This document shows, in pieces, positions 41,352-54,350 of a DNA stretch of 64,000 bases. Position numbers and translations under genes: made by a program. The stretch covers positions 361,522,001 through 361,586,000 of the forward strand of contig OZ024743.1 in the NCBI GenBank assembly GCA_964016885.1, written 5' to 3'. The first letter of the stretch is position 1. Each line of letters begins with the position of its first letter. Origin of the DNA: Eledone cirrhosa. Taxonomy: Eukaryota. The notes beneath the pieces are model-generated. The model saw only the letters and a list, made by a program, of their open reading frames with translations, was not told the DNA's origin and ran no database searches.

Positions 41352-43856
41352 CAGCTATCTGAAAAGCGCGCCAAAGCCGGCTGCCAAATAAATTTCCTAA
41401 AACGATGCCTGAATAACAACATCATTCCCAAAACCATCAAAAATTTACACCTACCAACATGCTTCAAATCACCAGGCCTCAAGCGATCACTCAGTTACAT
41501 ACAAAAATTCTGCCTAAGAAAACTCATACAACACCTACACCGCACGCTACAACATCACATACGGACTATCTCCAGCCTTGTACCACAACTCGCTGAAACC
41601 CCAGAACCTCTGTCCAAGGTCATCTCCGCCACTATAGACAGGTCATACCACCACCGCCGAGACTACGAGAAAATACGCCTAAAACAAAAATTTCTCAAAC
41701 TCAGGACGGCCAACTGTCTTAACAACATCCCAACGCTAAACACCAACAGAGGCGAACAATACGTTACCAACACCGAACCTAGCGGCACCCCGACCAACAA
41801 CACACCTGACGCAAAACACCTCGTCACAGACTTGACAGGATCCCTCTCCCGAGAGGAATTAGACCTCCTCAGCCTGGGTCCCAAGTTCATATTGAAACAG
41901 AGACTGGACGACAGACTATGGCTCGACATAGAAACGAATTTCTGTCGGACTGCCTACCAACTGAAATGGATATCGACTCTCGACAACAACACCACGGAAT
42001 CCACCACACCCAGATTCCCGATATACCAACTAGATCGCCCACTCTATCCACCGCCCGCCAACCGCGAGCTGGAAGAAAAACTCTCGAGGCTAAAACATTC
42101 CGTATTTAACATCTTACGAAAACAGAAGAAGATGGCCCCTAACCTCTCCAGGACACAACAACTCGCCCTGAAGAACCTACGGAATAAAGAACTTATTTAC
42201 TTACCATCCGACAAAGGTAAAGAGTTCTGCGTCATCTCTCAAGCCACATACAATAACCTAGCCTTCGAACACCTAAGCGACAGTGAACTGTACACAGTGA
42301 TCCCGGACATGACCGCAGCCCAAATCGAAAAACAGACCAACTCCATTTGGTTCGATATCTGTAGGAGAAGACAACTCCCGAATAAAATTAAACTCAACTA
42401 CACCACTAGAAATAGCAGACTGCCCACTTTCTACCACCTCATCAAGACCCACAAGAATAGCACTAAGACGCATATAAGACCCATTGTCTCTAGCATAGAA
42501 GGACCCCTACACAAAATTTCCTGGCTTCTCTCCCAGGTCCTCAAGCCTCTACTCTCCACCTTCCCCGGACATGTCAGTAGCTCCGACGAAGTTATACGTA
42601 GATTACACCAACTCCAGCCAGAACAACTTAAACTTAATAAATACGCTTTTAGCCTCGACGTTGTCTCCCTCTACACTACAGTCCCCGCTCACCCAGCTGT
42701 CGATTTATTGACGGACTGCGTGGTCGCAGAGAACATCCACTGCTACGGCCTCCACCCGACGGACATACACCAACTTTTGTCCTTCACAGTCGACAACACG
42801 TACTTCACCTTCCACCACCACACATACAGACAGACAACAGGATTACCCATGGGATCCAGCCTCTCTGGCCTGCTGGCCATCACTTACATGAACCAACTAG
42901 AATGCCGAGCCCTCAACACCTGCCATTCCCATGCCTTCTTCACCCGATATGTAGATGACATACTCATCCTTACATCATCCCGTGAGGAGGCAGAGAAAAT
43001 ATACACAACATTCTCCAGCATGGACGCCAGTATAAAGTTCAGCATAGAACACCCCGATGACCGCGGATCCCTATCCCTGCTGGACTTCCAACTCAGGGTA
43101 ACAGAGGAAGGAAACATCCACACCTGCTTCTATAAAAAAGCCGCCAGCAGGGACCTGTTCGTACATTTCAGATCGGCCCTCCCACTCGGTGCCAAGTTCG
43201 GATACATAAAGAACGAACTGGCACGTATCAAGAACAAATGCACCGACGCCAGAGACCGAGACACACACACCACACATTTCCTGGAAGTACTCAAACTGAA
43301 CGGATACACGACATCCACCACAAACCGTGCCAGAAAGAACAGAGGACACCACACCCGAGGCACTAACACTTGCTTCCTGAAGCTCCCACACTTCAGTGAA
43401 GAAACAACAACAGCCATCCGCAGAGCCATCAGACGAGAAGGTCTGGATATTCAACTGGCCCATTCGGGTCCTTCTTTGCGTGGACGGCTAGCTAAGAGAC
43501 ACTCCACCAGACATGACAACTGCTGCAGACTAGCCAACTGCCCCATCAACGACACAGACCTATGCCACCAGGCTTACGTAGTTTACAGACTAGAGTGTGA
43601 CAAATGCAACAACTTCTACGTAGGTAGCACCACCAGACCACTCCACATAAGAATAAAAGAACACCTCAATACTAACGCTTCCTCATTTAAGAAACACCTA
43701 GTTAAATGCAAAAACACTGATAAAAACATAACAGTTAGGATAGAAACTAAGGAAAGAAACCTCGGCAATCTTAGAATCAAGGAAGCACTCATTATAGATA
43801 GAACACATCCACCAATCAATAATAGACTAGAGCTCAACACCCAATTTATAACCTGA
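41352..43856 (+). CDS. PLE reverse transcriptase plus GIY-YIG endonuclease; open frame extends upstream of the track ORF, start codon lost
   Basis: The frame is open from 41352 (QLSEKRAKAGCQINFLKRCLNNNIIPKTI...). Motifs: PSDKG, IRPIVS, SLDVVSLYT, GLPMGSSLS, RYVDD, VVY..C..C..YVGST.R....RIKEH. Confidence 0.92.
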   Translation, partial: QLSEKRAKAGCQINFLKRCLNNNIIPKTIKNLHLPTCFKSPGLKRSLSYIQKFCLRKLIQHLHRTLQHHIRTISSLVPQLAETPEPLSKVISATIDRSYHHRRDYEKIRLKQKFLKLRTANCLNNIPTLNTNRGEQYVTNTEPSGTPTNNTPDAKHLVTDLTGSLSREELDLLSLGPKFILKQRLDDRLWLDIETNFCRTAYQLKWISTLDNNTTESTTPRFPIYQLDRPLYPPPANRELEEKLSRLKHSVFNILRKQKKMAPNLSRTQQLALKNLRNKELIYLPSDKGKEFCVISQATYNNLAFEHLSDSELYTVIPDMTAAQIEKQTNSIWFDICRRRQLPNKIKLNYTTRNSRLPTFYHLIKTHKNSTKTHIRPIVSSIEGPLHKISWLLSQVLKPLLSTFPGHVSSSDEVIRRLHQLQPEQLKLNKYAFSLDVVSLYTTVPAHPAVDLLTDCVVAENIHCYGLHPTDIHQLLSFTVDNTYFTFHHHTYRQTTGLPMGSSLSGLLAITYMNQLECRALNTCHSHAFFTRYVDDILILTSSREEAEKIYTTFSSMDASIKFSIEHPDDRGSLSLLDFQLRVTEEGNIHTCFYKKAASRDLFVHFRSALPLGAKFGYIKNELARIKNKCTDARDRDTHTTHFLEVLKLNGYTTSTTNRARKNRGHHTRGTNTCFLKLPHFSEETTTAIRRAIRREGLDIQLAHSGPSLRGRLAKRHSTRHDNCCRLANCPINDTDLCHQAYVVYRLECDKCNNFYVGSTTRPLHIRIKEHLNTNASSFKKHLVKCKNTDKNITVRIETKERNLGNLRIKEALIIDRTHPPINNRLELNTQFIT

Positions 43857-44237
43857 TAGGGCCTCTAGCCCCACTTTACACACCCCACACACACGCACGC
43901 GCACACCTCCACTTATTCTCTCTCACACATACACACACAAAACCAGTTCTAACACCAGATAACACCTACCCCCCACTTTTACGATTAGACCTATCTTCCC
44001 ACACTCACACACACACACCCACATACCTACACCTTCATGCTTTCTCCCACACACATATACAGGCACGCATATAAAATTTTAAAAAACACAACAAAAACAT
44101 AAACAAACCCCTCTTAAAGGGAGACTACTCTTTACCCACCTAATTTTAATTCTTTGATATTAAAGTTAGAACTCTATACTATTTCCGGTCAGCATGGCTT
44201 CATTGGAAATTTAGACGCTGGTCTGAGACTTTTACTT

Positions 44238-44274
44238 CCCTCCGAAGAAGAGATATTATCTCGAAAATTAAGGA
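44238..44274 (+). ncRNA. Minimal hammerhead, U4C variant (mirror copy at about 39205-39241 on minus)
   Basis: CCT-CCGAAGA-A-GAGAT-ATT-ATCTC-GAA-AATT-A-AGG. Confidence 0.65.
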
Positions 44275-44599
44275 CATTTAAATAAATTCAAGGTGAAAGA
44301 CGAATTCTCATCAATATCTTTCACTATTGCATTCTTTTTTCTATGTCCATATCTGCATTGTCTTGGCCTTATTACACATATTCTAACGTTTATATATATA
44401 TATATATATATATACATATATATAAGCTGTAGCATAACGTTATTCATAGTAGAGGTGTATACGGTATAGTTTTGCGCTTATCGCATGTACGATCAGTATA
44501 TACACTAAACGTTTCTGTTTGGTAAACCTACTGGTATATTGTTATGCATTTATTTCATCTTTATATTTTGTCTGAGGAACTTTAATATGACTCACAAGT

Positions 44600-45228
44600 G
44601 GAATTCCACTGATGCAGGTGGAGAGATTCAAGTATCTCAGGGCCGTATTCATGAATGTTGGTAGGCAGGAGGCTGAATTAAGTGCACAAATTGTAGGAGC
44701 TCTTGCAGTAATATGCCAGCTTCAGTATTCGTTCACCTGAAGAAATGCTGTAGGTTTAAAAACCAAACCCCTATGTTCGATTCGCTATTTGTGACAACTC
44801 TTATATATGGTCATGAACCTTGGGTAATGACCAACCGAATACCATCATGAATGCAAGCACCCCAAACGGGGCTTCTTCCAAGGGTTTCTGGAGTGCGTTG
44901 CTCGGAGATCAGAGAGTCGATCCAGGTAAGCCGCTATTTTTCCGAATCGAGAGACCACAGCTCTGATATTAGGGTCAAGTGGTTGAAATGTCTCAGAAAA
45001 TAAAACCTGAATAGATTTTCTGTGCAGAACCAACCGACAAGATTCCCAGAGATAGACCCTTGCATAACATCCATGAGCCCATCAGGTTTTAATTGGGCAT
45101 CCAGTCGGATCAATTGGATATGATTCCTTCTGACAGGAGCCGCTAGAATACATGCCAGACACCTTTCAGGAAGAAGAAGAAGAAGAAGAAGAAGAAGAAG
45201 AAGAAGAAGAAGAAGAAGAAGAAGAAGA
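44600..45228 (+). mobile_element. RTE-clade LINE 3' remnant with (GAA)n tail
   Basis: QVERFKYL..ELSAQI..LIYGHEPWVMT, followed by (GAA)n at 45170-45228. Confidence 0.7.
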
Positions 45229-45254
45229 TTGACACTTGTGGTGAGTTGTCTTAA

Positions 45255-45448
45255 AATAATTGGTTCTACTTTTGCACAAAGCCAGTAATTACTCCAGTGC
45301 ATTGCTGATGTTTTATTTCATGGACTCCACAAGGATGAAAGGCAAAGTTAACCTCGGTGGGATTTGAACTCAGATCATAAAGGGATGTAATTCTATGCTG
45401 CAAATCATGGCGCCGACAATCTACGTACACTGCCAATCTATCGCCCTT
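45255..45448 (-). mobile_element. tRNA-derived SINE (Meta-like family)
   Basis: Core and B-box match. Confidence 0.85.
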
Positions 45449-45929
45449 GAGCTGTCTCAAAATGATATGAGTCAATGAGTGATATGTTAGTTCCGGTTGC
45501 AAATCTGAAGAATTTTTAATTAATTAAAATTATAACTTTAGTGATTGGAACAATTATTTAGTGATCAGAAAAGCTAGGACAAATCTCCAGGATTTTGACT
45601 ATTTAACATTAATTACACATGGTATGAAGCAAGCAATCTAAGTTTTGTAATTAACAGAATGGTATGATATACACTTGCTTTTAACGCACTGCACAATTTC
45701 ATCTAGTTAGCTTTCTTTAATATAATGATTATCAAATATAACGGCCTAAGAATTCTTAATTCTAAAGCAAAACTTCTCTTGATATAGAACAGCTACAACT
45801 TATTGCGTCAAAGAGACTAGGGTGAGGAGCAAATTTGCCCTCACCGTACCTAAATAACTGATATACACCACTCTAATATTATCATGGAGGTCACTTTTAT
45901 TTTTAAAGATAGCAAGCAAATTTCCCCCA

Positions 45930-47712
45930 GCAAATGGAACAGCCCTCTCCCATACAAGCCCCCCCCCCCCCCAAGTAACCCTTATACCTAGGACAGACCT
46001 CAAAATGAGCCTCAAGGTGACAACACCAAGGCCACGACAAACATGGACGAGAGAGGAATACAAAGCAGTGATGGCTGCGTACTATACTGTCATCCTGTTT
46101 CCAAGAGAATACTCCCCAACTCGAGAAACCTATGGTATCTGGAGGAATTTCAAACCTATCTCCAGAGAATACATGGACATGAATAAGCTAGCTAAGGTGA
46201 GAAAAGACATTATGAGGAACAAAAGTCTCACTGAACGACCAAAGTGGGGATAATTGAGCAACATAATAACTCCAGTTGCAGCACGCGGTACGAGTACTGC
46301 TAAAACACCTACAGATGAGAACCTCCTTGCACATGAACATGTAGGTGATGGTTCATTGTTTGATGTTGCTGTCTGGACAATGAAGGAAGTTATTCTACGT
46401 GAGTGGGAGATTCTGAAAACGCAAGATTTGATAGACCGGACAAAACACCAGAAAATGCCCGAATTGACACATCAGCTGAAGAAGAGGGCCAACCTAGCTA
46501 AGGAAGCGCTAGATGTAATTCAAAATGAACACAGAAAACCACTGACTGACTCATGATGACATTAACCAGCTGCTATTTACCACTCCAACTATGACCTCTG
46601 GCAAGCTGCACCCGAAAATACGAACAAGGTACATATACACAAATCCAAACCCAAAATGGCAGACAACTAGAAAATGACATAAACCCCAACAACCTTTCTA
46701 GGCTGAAGAAGAAATACAAGTCGAATCGGGGAGCAGACTGGAAAGAAATTGCAAAAGATACGGGAAAATGTGTAAGGACTAAGATGTAAAAAAAGGGCTA
46801 ACTTCTTTAAACAGAACAAAATGTTTGAGAAGATTTTACAGAGAGTTAAGCAAGAAGAATATTGAAGTAAGACAACAACTTGAGCATGGTTAGGTGTAAC
46901 ACTTTTTAAGCAAATATCTGGGGAAAAGCTAAAGACAACAGCTTCAATGCCAACAGCGTTCGAAACTGGGAATCACCGGGCAGCAATGACTTGCAGAATT
47001 TCTAGCTGAAACAACTGAAATTTGCTCCGTCAAGCCTTGGATGCTGAATTATCCAGGATTGTATCAAACCCAAGAGAGGTCCCAAACTGGATGACAACTG
47101 GCGTAACATATCTTTTCCCGAAGAATGAATGCACAGAAAATCCAAAGAACTACACACCAATTACAAGGCAGTTATATCTGTGATTACCAACAGGGTCTAC
47201 AATTACCTCGTTAGTTGAGATCTATTGCAACCTGAACAAAAAGGCTGCAAACGAGAGATATGGGTGAAAAGATCAGCTACTGATAAATAGACTCATTACT
47301 GAAAAAATTACAAAGAAAAACCTGGAACCGAAGCAGATCAAGGTCAATCGTGAAATATTCCAAGGCGGCTCATTGTCCTTGTTTTTCTAGTCTGTATGTC
47401 CCTTATTCCACTAAGTCGGTTACTGTGGAAGATAGGGTATGGATATTAAATTGACAACATACACTACAGTCATCTTCTTTTCATGTATTTTGGAAACAAT
47501 GATGGGCAGCTGGATTGTGTCCTGCACACAGTGAAACATTCAGTCATGATATCCATATGGAATTGGAACTAGACAAGTGTAACCATAAATATGTTATCAT
47601 AGACCAACAAACCACCATAATGGAAATTAACAGTGAAGAGTTCTACAAATATCTTGGATTTAATGAAGAAGATGGAATCCAGCATTCAAGTACGAAGGAA
47701 AAGATATGGAAG
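45930..47712 (+). pseudogene. Degenerate R4/Dong-like LINE, N-terminus and RT
   Basis: RQTWTREEYKAVMAAYY, NPKNYTPIT, PEQKGCK, DQLLINR, IFQGGSLS, SHLLFM and YKYLG, with many frameshifts. Confidence 0.75.
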
Positions 47713-47908
47713 AAATAATTGTTTCTACTTTTGGCACAAGGCCAGCAATTATTCCAGTGTATTGCTGGTAGTTTATTTTATCGACCCTGTAAGGATGAAA
47801 GGCAAAGTTAACCTCGGCGGGATTTGAAGTCAGATCATAAAGGGAGGTAACTCTATGCTTCAAAGCATGGTGTCCGACCCACTACCGATACTGCCAATCC
47901 ACCACCCT
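47713..47908 (-). mobile_element. tRNA-derived SINE (Meta-like family)
   Basis: Core and B-box match. Confidence 0.85.
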
Positions 47909-47919
47909 CAATACGGAAG

Positions 47920-50900
47920 TAATAATGCTTTCTTTATTAACCACAAGGGTTTACATAAAGTAGACATTAAGGACAGTACATGACAATACAGGACGGTACA
48001 AATGGGCATTTCTGCGTGTAAAAAAACAGAGGATGTAATAAAAATAACAATGAAAAATTCCAAAATAGGGGGGAGACTTCCGAGGGACATTTGCGCAGAA
48101 AACCCATTAACAGGCCACTGTGACCCTGACCACCAGGGCAAGTGCCCTCTCCCAGTTTTCCACCTTTAATTTACAGACACATACTCAGAGTAGGCCCATT
48201 CAGTCTTTCAACAAAATTCTGGGAAGAGAGCACTTCCCTCTTTACCCTGATTTTCCTTTTCAAATGAAATTTGAAAAAGTTAATCAGGGCATCACCGAAG
48301 AGGTAAGTGCTCGTCTTCAGCCCTTTCAAACGTGTCCACCATGCTATCTCTTTCGCCATGACCACCAGACAGATAAAAACTGCCTGCCCTTCCCGGCTAC
48401 AGGAAGAGGGCGGGGCAACCCTCACGATGGATTCAGCTGATAGCTCGATCCTTCCTACACGTGACAGCAGGTGTTCGACATAAACCCACAAGTCAGCAAT
48501 GCTCGGACACTGGACGAGTGCGTGCAGGGCGGTTTCGTCGCCCTGCGCGCATCTCGGACATGCCCGGCTGAGAGCACCTCCATGACTGTAGAGTTTATCC
48601 CGAACTGGCAAAGATCCTCGGTAGCACTTCCAGGCCAGGGATTTCTGGAAGTTGTCCATAGGCCCCGGCCCTAAATTTCTTCCGAAGAGATTGGCTAGTT
48701 GATTTTCGTCGATGCTTAGAGTTTCTCCAAGTACGCCGTCGCTCTTCCCCTCCACAAACCCTCTATAGAACGCCAAGGTGGAGTTTCCACCGATCACATT
48801 GCCCGATTGGTCGAGGGCTGTGAGCGCCTGAAGACATTCCAGTCTCCAAGCGCTCCCTCTCGGTCTTCGCTTGACCCAGGACTGCAGCTCGGTCAAGGAG
48901 ACGAGCTGGGGAAAGACGCTTCTAGCAAACGGCGGACACACCTGATCACCGTCGAGGAAGAGGTGGCGATGTCGTAGCCTGAGCGCGTGTCTGCGCATCA
49001 TCAGCCACGAGATGCCCAGCCCTCCACGTAGCGGGTGTTGACAGCAGATGGACCGCCTGACCATCGGAGCGCGTCCCTTCCACAAAAAGCGAAAGAGCAA
49101 ACGCCCAGCGCAGTCAGGCGGGGCTTAGGACAAGGTACGACGGTCAGGCGGTAGTAGATGACGGACGCGATGTACGCGTTAGCCACCTCCGCTCGACCTT
49201 TCAGGGATAGCTTCCTCTCCGCCCATTTCTGGGTGAGAAGCCACCCTGCTCGTCACCTCGTCCCAGTTTTTGTACGTCTGGAAGTCCGGACCGAACCAGA
49301 CCCCTAGCAATTTAACCGGTCTGTCCGTGCAGAGCCCGACGACGCTGTTGGACGGCATCGACCTGCCTCTCCAGGTGCCGAGCTGCAGGCCCACTGACTT
49401 TTTCTGGTTGACCATTGCTCCTGTCACCGCTTCGTATTCTCTTAGTGTAGTGCCGATCGCCTCGATGTGTTTGGCGTTCGACACCAATACGGTGACATCG
49501 TCCACATATGCTGACACGGTTCTTCCGCATCCTAGTTCGCGCGGGACCACCTCAACGTCTCCAGTTTGTGCAGTAATGGCTCGAGAGTCAATACGTACAA
49601 GAGGGACGAGAGAGGACATCCTTGGCGGACCGAGCGCATGATGTTGAACGGTTCCAAAAGGTGACCGTTCACTCTCACCACAGAGCAGATGTCGCTGTGC
49701 ATGGCAGCGATCCAGCCTCTGAAGACGGGCCCAAAGCCAGTCGCCAGCAGGACTGCCGCTAGGTAACGATGGTCGACCCTATCGAAAGCTTTCGACTGAT
49801 CTAAATTGATCAACGACCCACCCGTGCCAGGTTCCCTAACTACCCTTTCTACGATGTATCGCATGAGGCGGAGGTTGTCGTGGATGGATCTGCCGGGAAT
49901 GGCGCATGTCTGCGCCTCTCCCAGCAGACCACCAACGACAAGCGCCAATCTCTCTTTTAGTACCTTGGCCAAAATCTTGAACTCTGTGTTTAGCAGAGTT
50001 ATGGGCCTGAAATTATCTGTTATCCTCCTTGTTCGGATCCTTTCTCAGCAGTTCCACAGCTCCTCGGCTCACAGAGCTGGGAATTCTCCCGTTCTGTTGC
50101 CAGTAGCTGTAGACGTCCGCTAAGAGGTCTTCGAACAAGTCTGGCGTCTGTACTTAAAGTTCATATGGCAGACCATCCAAACCAGGCGATTTACCCCTTG
50201 TGCAGCCAGTCATTGCCTCCCGCACTTCAGCGGCTGTTATCAGCTTTTAGACTTTAGTGTCTACCTCGACGGACTGCCGCAGCTCTCCGCCTCAGTGGCC
50301 GAGAGCTGCGGCAGTCCGTCGAGGTAGACACTAAAGTCCATCCCTCGACCCGGCCCGCCGCTGCCAGCGAACACCTGTGCGAAGTGTCGCTGAAAAGCTT
50401 CACACATTTGCCCGGGATCGAGTAACATGCGCCCGTCGTGGTCCACCAAAGACCGGATCGGGCCCTTTGAACGGATTTCGTCCCCTCGTGTCTGAGAGCA
50501 TGCACCCTAGCTCTGACAACGCAGCCGTCGTGCTTTGCATTGAAGAATTGGTCAAGGGACAATTTCGCCGCAAGTACGTCGGTCGCGATGCCTTTGCTAA
50601 GCGCCTCGTCCAATTTTCTAACTAGTTCTCCCTCTGCTCTATTTTTCTCTGTTGCTAAAGCCTTACTAAACCTAATGGACTTTATTCTAATCGCTCTTTT
50701 CAGAGCAAACCACCACTCGTTGTTGACGATGGCCCCCGTCAACGCCCGCTTAACTAGTTCGCTAATCCGGTCTTTTTAGGCCTTGTGCGCTGGTAAGGAC
50801 TCGTTTAGCTTCCAGTAGCCGGGTCCTCGTCTATGAAGCCTATCTAAGTCAAGCACAGAGATCACGAATTTGTGGTCCGTGTAGCTGACTATCTTGAATT

Positions 50901-51070
50901 GTGGACAGCCCTTGCTACACCTATCTATTTCGCTACAAAATACTCTATCTAGATATGATCAGGATGACCGTATGCGATTTGTCCAAGTCCACATTGGCAC
51001 ATTCGGGAAATCTAATCGGTACCTGTCAGACAGTTCAAAATGCCTGAGCAGGTTGGTGAGGCTCTTGCAC
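47920..51070 (-). mobile_element. Tx1/L1-clade LINE ORF2 remnant (end of APE, RT, Cys-His domain, 3' UTR), frameshifted
   Basis: WTW..RLD-like, TDHK, GYWKLN, LDQSKAFDRVDH, VRQGCPLS, AYVDD, FLWKG and CPRC..ETALHAL..C. Confidence 0.88.
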
Positions 51071-51456
51071 ATATTGCTACTGCTTATATTTTTAGTGTTG
51101 GCAAACGTAGTAATATTTACAATGGTGGTGTCGGCGTGAGGTGTTAGTTTGTGGGGAAGGCTCTCAGCTACTGGGTTCAGCTGTGAGTCGGCCACAATGT
51201 TTCAAAGAAATTTTTCTTGTTTGATTATTATAAAAGTTTAAATTTTGGGCTCAAGGCCCCAATCTTTTTGAGTGTCCTTTTGAGAAAACAATGTGTGCGC
51301 ACTTATATACAATTAACAATAAAATTTTTCCATAAATGGCAATTTTAAACAACTGAAAACAACAAACCTTTGCGGAGCACACGATCACGATGATATGATT
51401 TACTACGTAGGTCACCAATAATAATAATAATAATAATAATTATAATAATAATAATA

Positions 51457-52168
51457 AACCATATTTACAAGGAGGAGGCTAGCCCACTGTGCAGGATATG
51501 TGGAGGAGAGAGGGAGGAAACTGTGGCTCACATTGTATCCGAGTGTAAACACTTTTAGCCCAGACTCACTATAAAGGCTGGAGACATGATGTGATGGGCA
51601 GGGTGATCCACTGGCATATATGCAAAGTAAACAATTTACCACATTCTGAGAAGTGGTTTGAGCATAAGCCAGAGTCGGTGATAGAAAACGATCAGGTGAA
51701 GGTGCTATGGGATTTTAGGATACAGACGGACAAGAAACTGGAACACAATAGACCTGACCTGGTGGTTTTGGACAAGGAAAAAAGATCGTGCCTGATTGTG
51801 GATGTGGACTGCCCATTCGACACGAGAGTGCAAGAGAATGAGAGGAAGAAAATTAACCGATACCAGGACTCAAAGTGGGAGGTAAAAAGGATTTGGAACT
51901 GCCATGAAGTCAAAGTGGTTCCGATTGACACAGGAGCACTAGGTACTATCTCAAAGAGTTTTCAAGGATGGTTGAAGAAGATTAGTCCAGCCCCAGTTTT
52001 TGGAACGCTTCAAAAGGCATGCTTGCTGGGAACAGCAAGAACACTCCGATACGTCCTGAATATCTAAGGCTGCAGGTAGTGGCTTGATATTCATTTCAAC
52101 AAACTTTCCAGTAAACTAACATCAATGACTGAGACTCAAAGAACAATAATAATAATAATAATAATAAT
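51457..52168 (+). mobile_element. R4/Dong-like LINE 3' end with restriction-like endonuclease, in (TAA)n
   Basis: C..C...ETVAHIVSEC, RHD, WDFRIQTDK..NRPDLVV..IVDVDCP..K..Y. (TAA)n tracts at 51418-51456 and 52145-52168. Confidence 0.85.
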
Positions 52169-54350
52169 GAATTCTTTATTGGCCACAAGGGCTGACATCA
52201 AGAAAAAACATTACAGACGGCACAGGACGGTATAGGACGGTACGATGTGGGTTTTGTGCGTGTAAATATTTTTATTATTTATATAAGAAAAGAAAAAAAA
52301 GACATAGAAACATATATATATAAACAATAAAAATGAAAATTTTAACAATGAAAAATTGCTCAATAGGAGGGGAAATTCCGAGGGTTACTCCTGGCGAAAA
52401 CCATACAAAAGACCACGGCCACCCTGACCACCAGGGCAAGCGCCCTCTCTCAATTTGTCCATCTCTCAAACTGCAGACTTATATTCAGAGCGGTCCCGTT
52501 CACTCGGACCATTCTCGCTACATTCACCCACCTTTCAACAAACTTGCTAGAAAGCAGCACTTGCCTCTCCACCTTGATTTTCCTCTTCAAGTGAAACTTG
52601 AAAAAGTTTATTAGGGATTCGCCGAAGAGGAAAGTGTCTGTCTTTAACCCTTTCAACCTTGTCCACGACACAATCTCTTTCGCCATGGCCACCAGGCAGA
52701 TGAAAACCGCCTGCCCTTCTCCTCGAAGGAAGACGGCGAAACCATCTGCACAATGGACTCAGTCGATAACGGGATCAGTTCTACACGCGACAGCAACTGT
52801 TCGACGGAAGCAGAGTCACCTGCTCAACGACCTCAGGTCATTAAACAGATGTGGTGGCCATCAGTGAGACCAGAATCTCCGAAGCACAAGCCTTCGCACC
52901 GATCTTCGGCGTCTACGATGTATACGCATCTCCCAGGCGTCCAGGATGGGGAGGAGGGGTTGCCGTCCTTATTAGGAGAGGCTTGGATCTCGCCATACGG
53001 GCCATCTTCCTAGACCTAGAAGGGAAGTCGGTGGTGCTGGACTTGACCAGCAGCGAAGGCAATGCTTTCAGGCTAGTAGCCGTCTACGCCCCAACAGGGG
53101 CAGGACGGCCAGATTTCTTCAGACGTCTAGAGACCTTTCTTGGAACGTCCCGCTCTTTAGTGTTAGTGGGCGACTGGAACGGTATATTGGATGCAAGTTG
53201 GGATTGTGTGGGGCTAGTGGATAGGGGAGGAGGATACAAGAGCCTCACCAACCTGCCCAGACGTTTTCAACTGTCTGACAGGTATCGACTGGATCACCGA
53301 ATGTGCCAATGTGGACATGGACAAACCGCATCGGATCATCCAGACCGTATCTCGATAGGGTATTCTGCAGAGAACTCTATAAGGCTAGTATAAGTTGTCC
53401 ACAATTTAAAATAGTCGCCTACACAGACCACAAATTTGTGATCTGTGAATCGACATAGACAAACTTCATAGACAAGGACCCGGTTACTGGAAGCTGAACG
53501 CGTCTTTCCCGGCTCGATGGCCAATACGAACAAGAGCAACGAGAGGGGACAACCCTGGCGGACCGAGCGCATGAGGCTGAACGGCTGTAACTGATGACCG
53601 TTCAGCCTCACAACTGAGCAGATGCCGCTGTGCATCGTAGCGATCCAACTCCTGAGAATCGGTCCGAAACCAGCCGCCGCGAGGACCGCCGCCAGGTACC
53701 AATGGTCGACCCTATCAAATGCCTTAGATTGATCCAAGTTGATCAGGGCCCCACCCGTGCCAGGTTCCTTATCCACCCTCTCTATAATGTAGTGCATGAG
53801 GTGGAAGTTGTCGTTGATGGATCTGTCTGGAATAGCGTATGTCTGCGCTCTCCACCCAGATCACCGACGACAAGCGGCCAATCTCGTTGCTAACACCTTG
53901 GCCAAAACTTTGAAATCTGCGTTTAACAGAGTTATGGGCCTGAAGTTTTCTATAACATCCCCCTTATTCGGGTATTTTCTCAACAGCGCCACCGCTCCCG
54001 GCTCACAAAACTGGGAAAGCTCCTGTTCTGCTACCAGTTGCAGTAGACATCTGCTAAGAGGTCGCCGAACAAGTATGGCATGTACGCATAAAGTTCGTAG
54101 AGCAGACCATCCAAACCTGGCGATTTACTCCTCGAGCAGTCAGACATCGCTTCCTGTATTTCACCTGGTGTTATCGGCTTTTCGTAATACTGCGCTGCGG
54201 TCGTTGAGGCTGTGGCATTCCCTCGAGGTATACACTGAAGTTCATACACCGACCCGGCCCGCCGCCGCTCCCAAACAGTTGTTCAAATTGCTGCTGAAAA
54301 GCCTCACACATCTACTCGGGTTCGAGTAACATGCGTCCGTTTTGGTCAGG
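52169..54350 (-). mobile_element. Second, rearranged Tx1/L1-clade LINE remnant
   Basis: The 3' end at 52169-52800 is on minus, the APE segment at about 52850-53510 is on plus (GGGVAVL, AVYAP, VGDWN), and the RT segment at 53511-54350 is on minus. Confidence 0.8.

Noticed and set aside
41352-41482. N-terminal 44 aa of the 619 aa minus-strand ORF
   Set aside because: It is the antisense of the plus-strand ORF read across the inversion junction.
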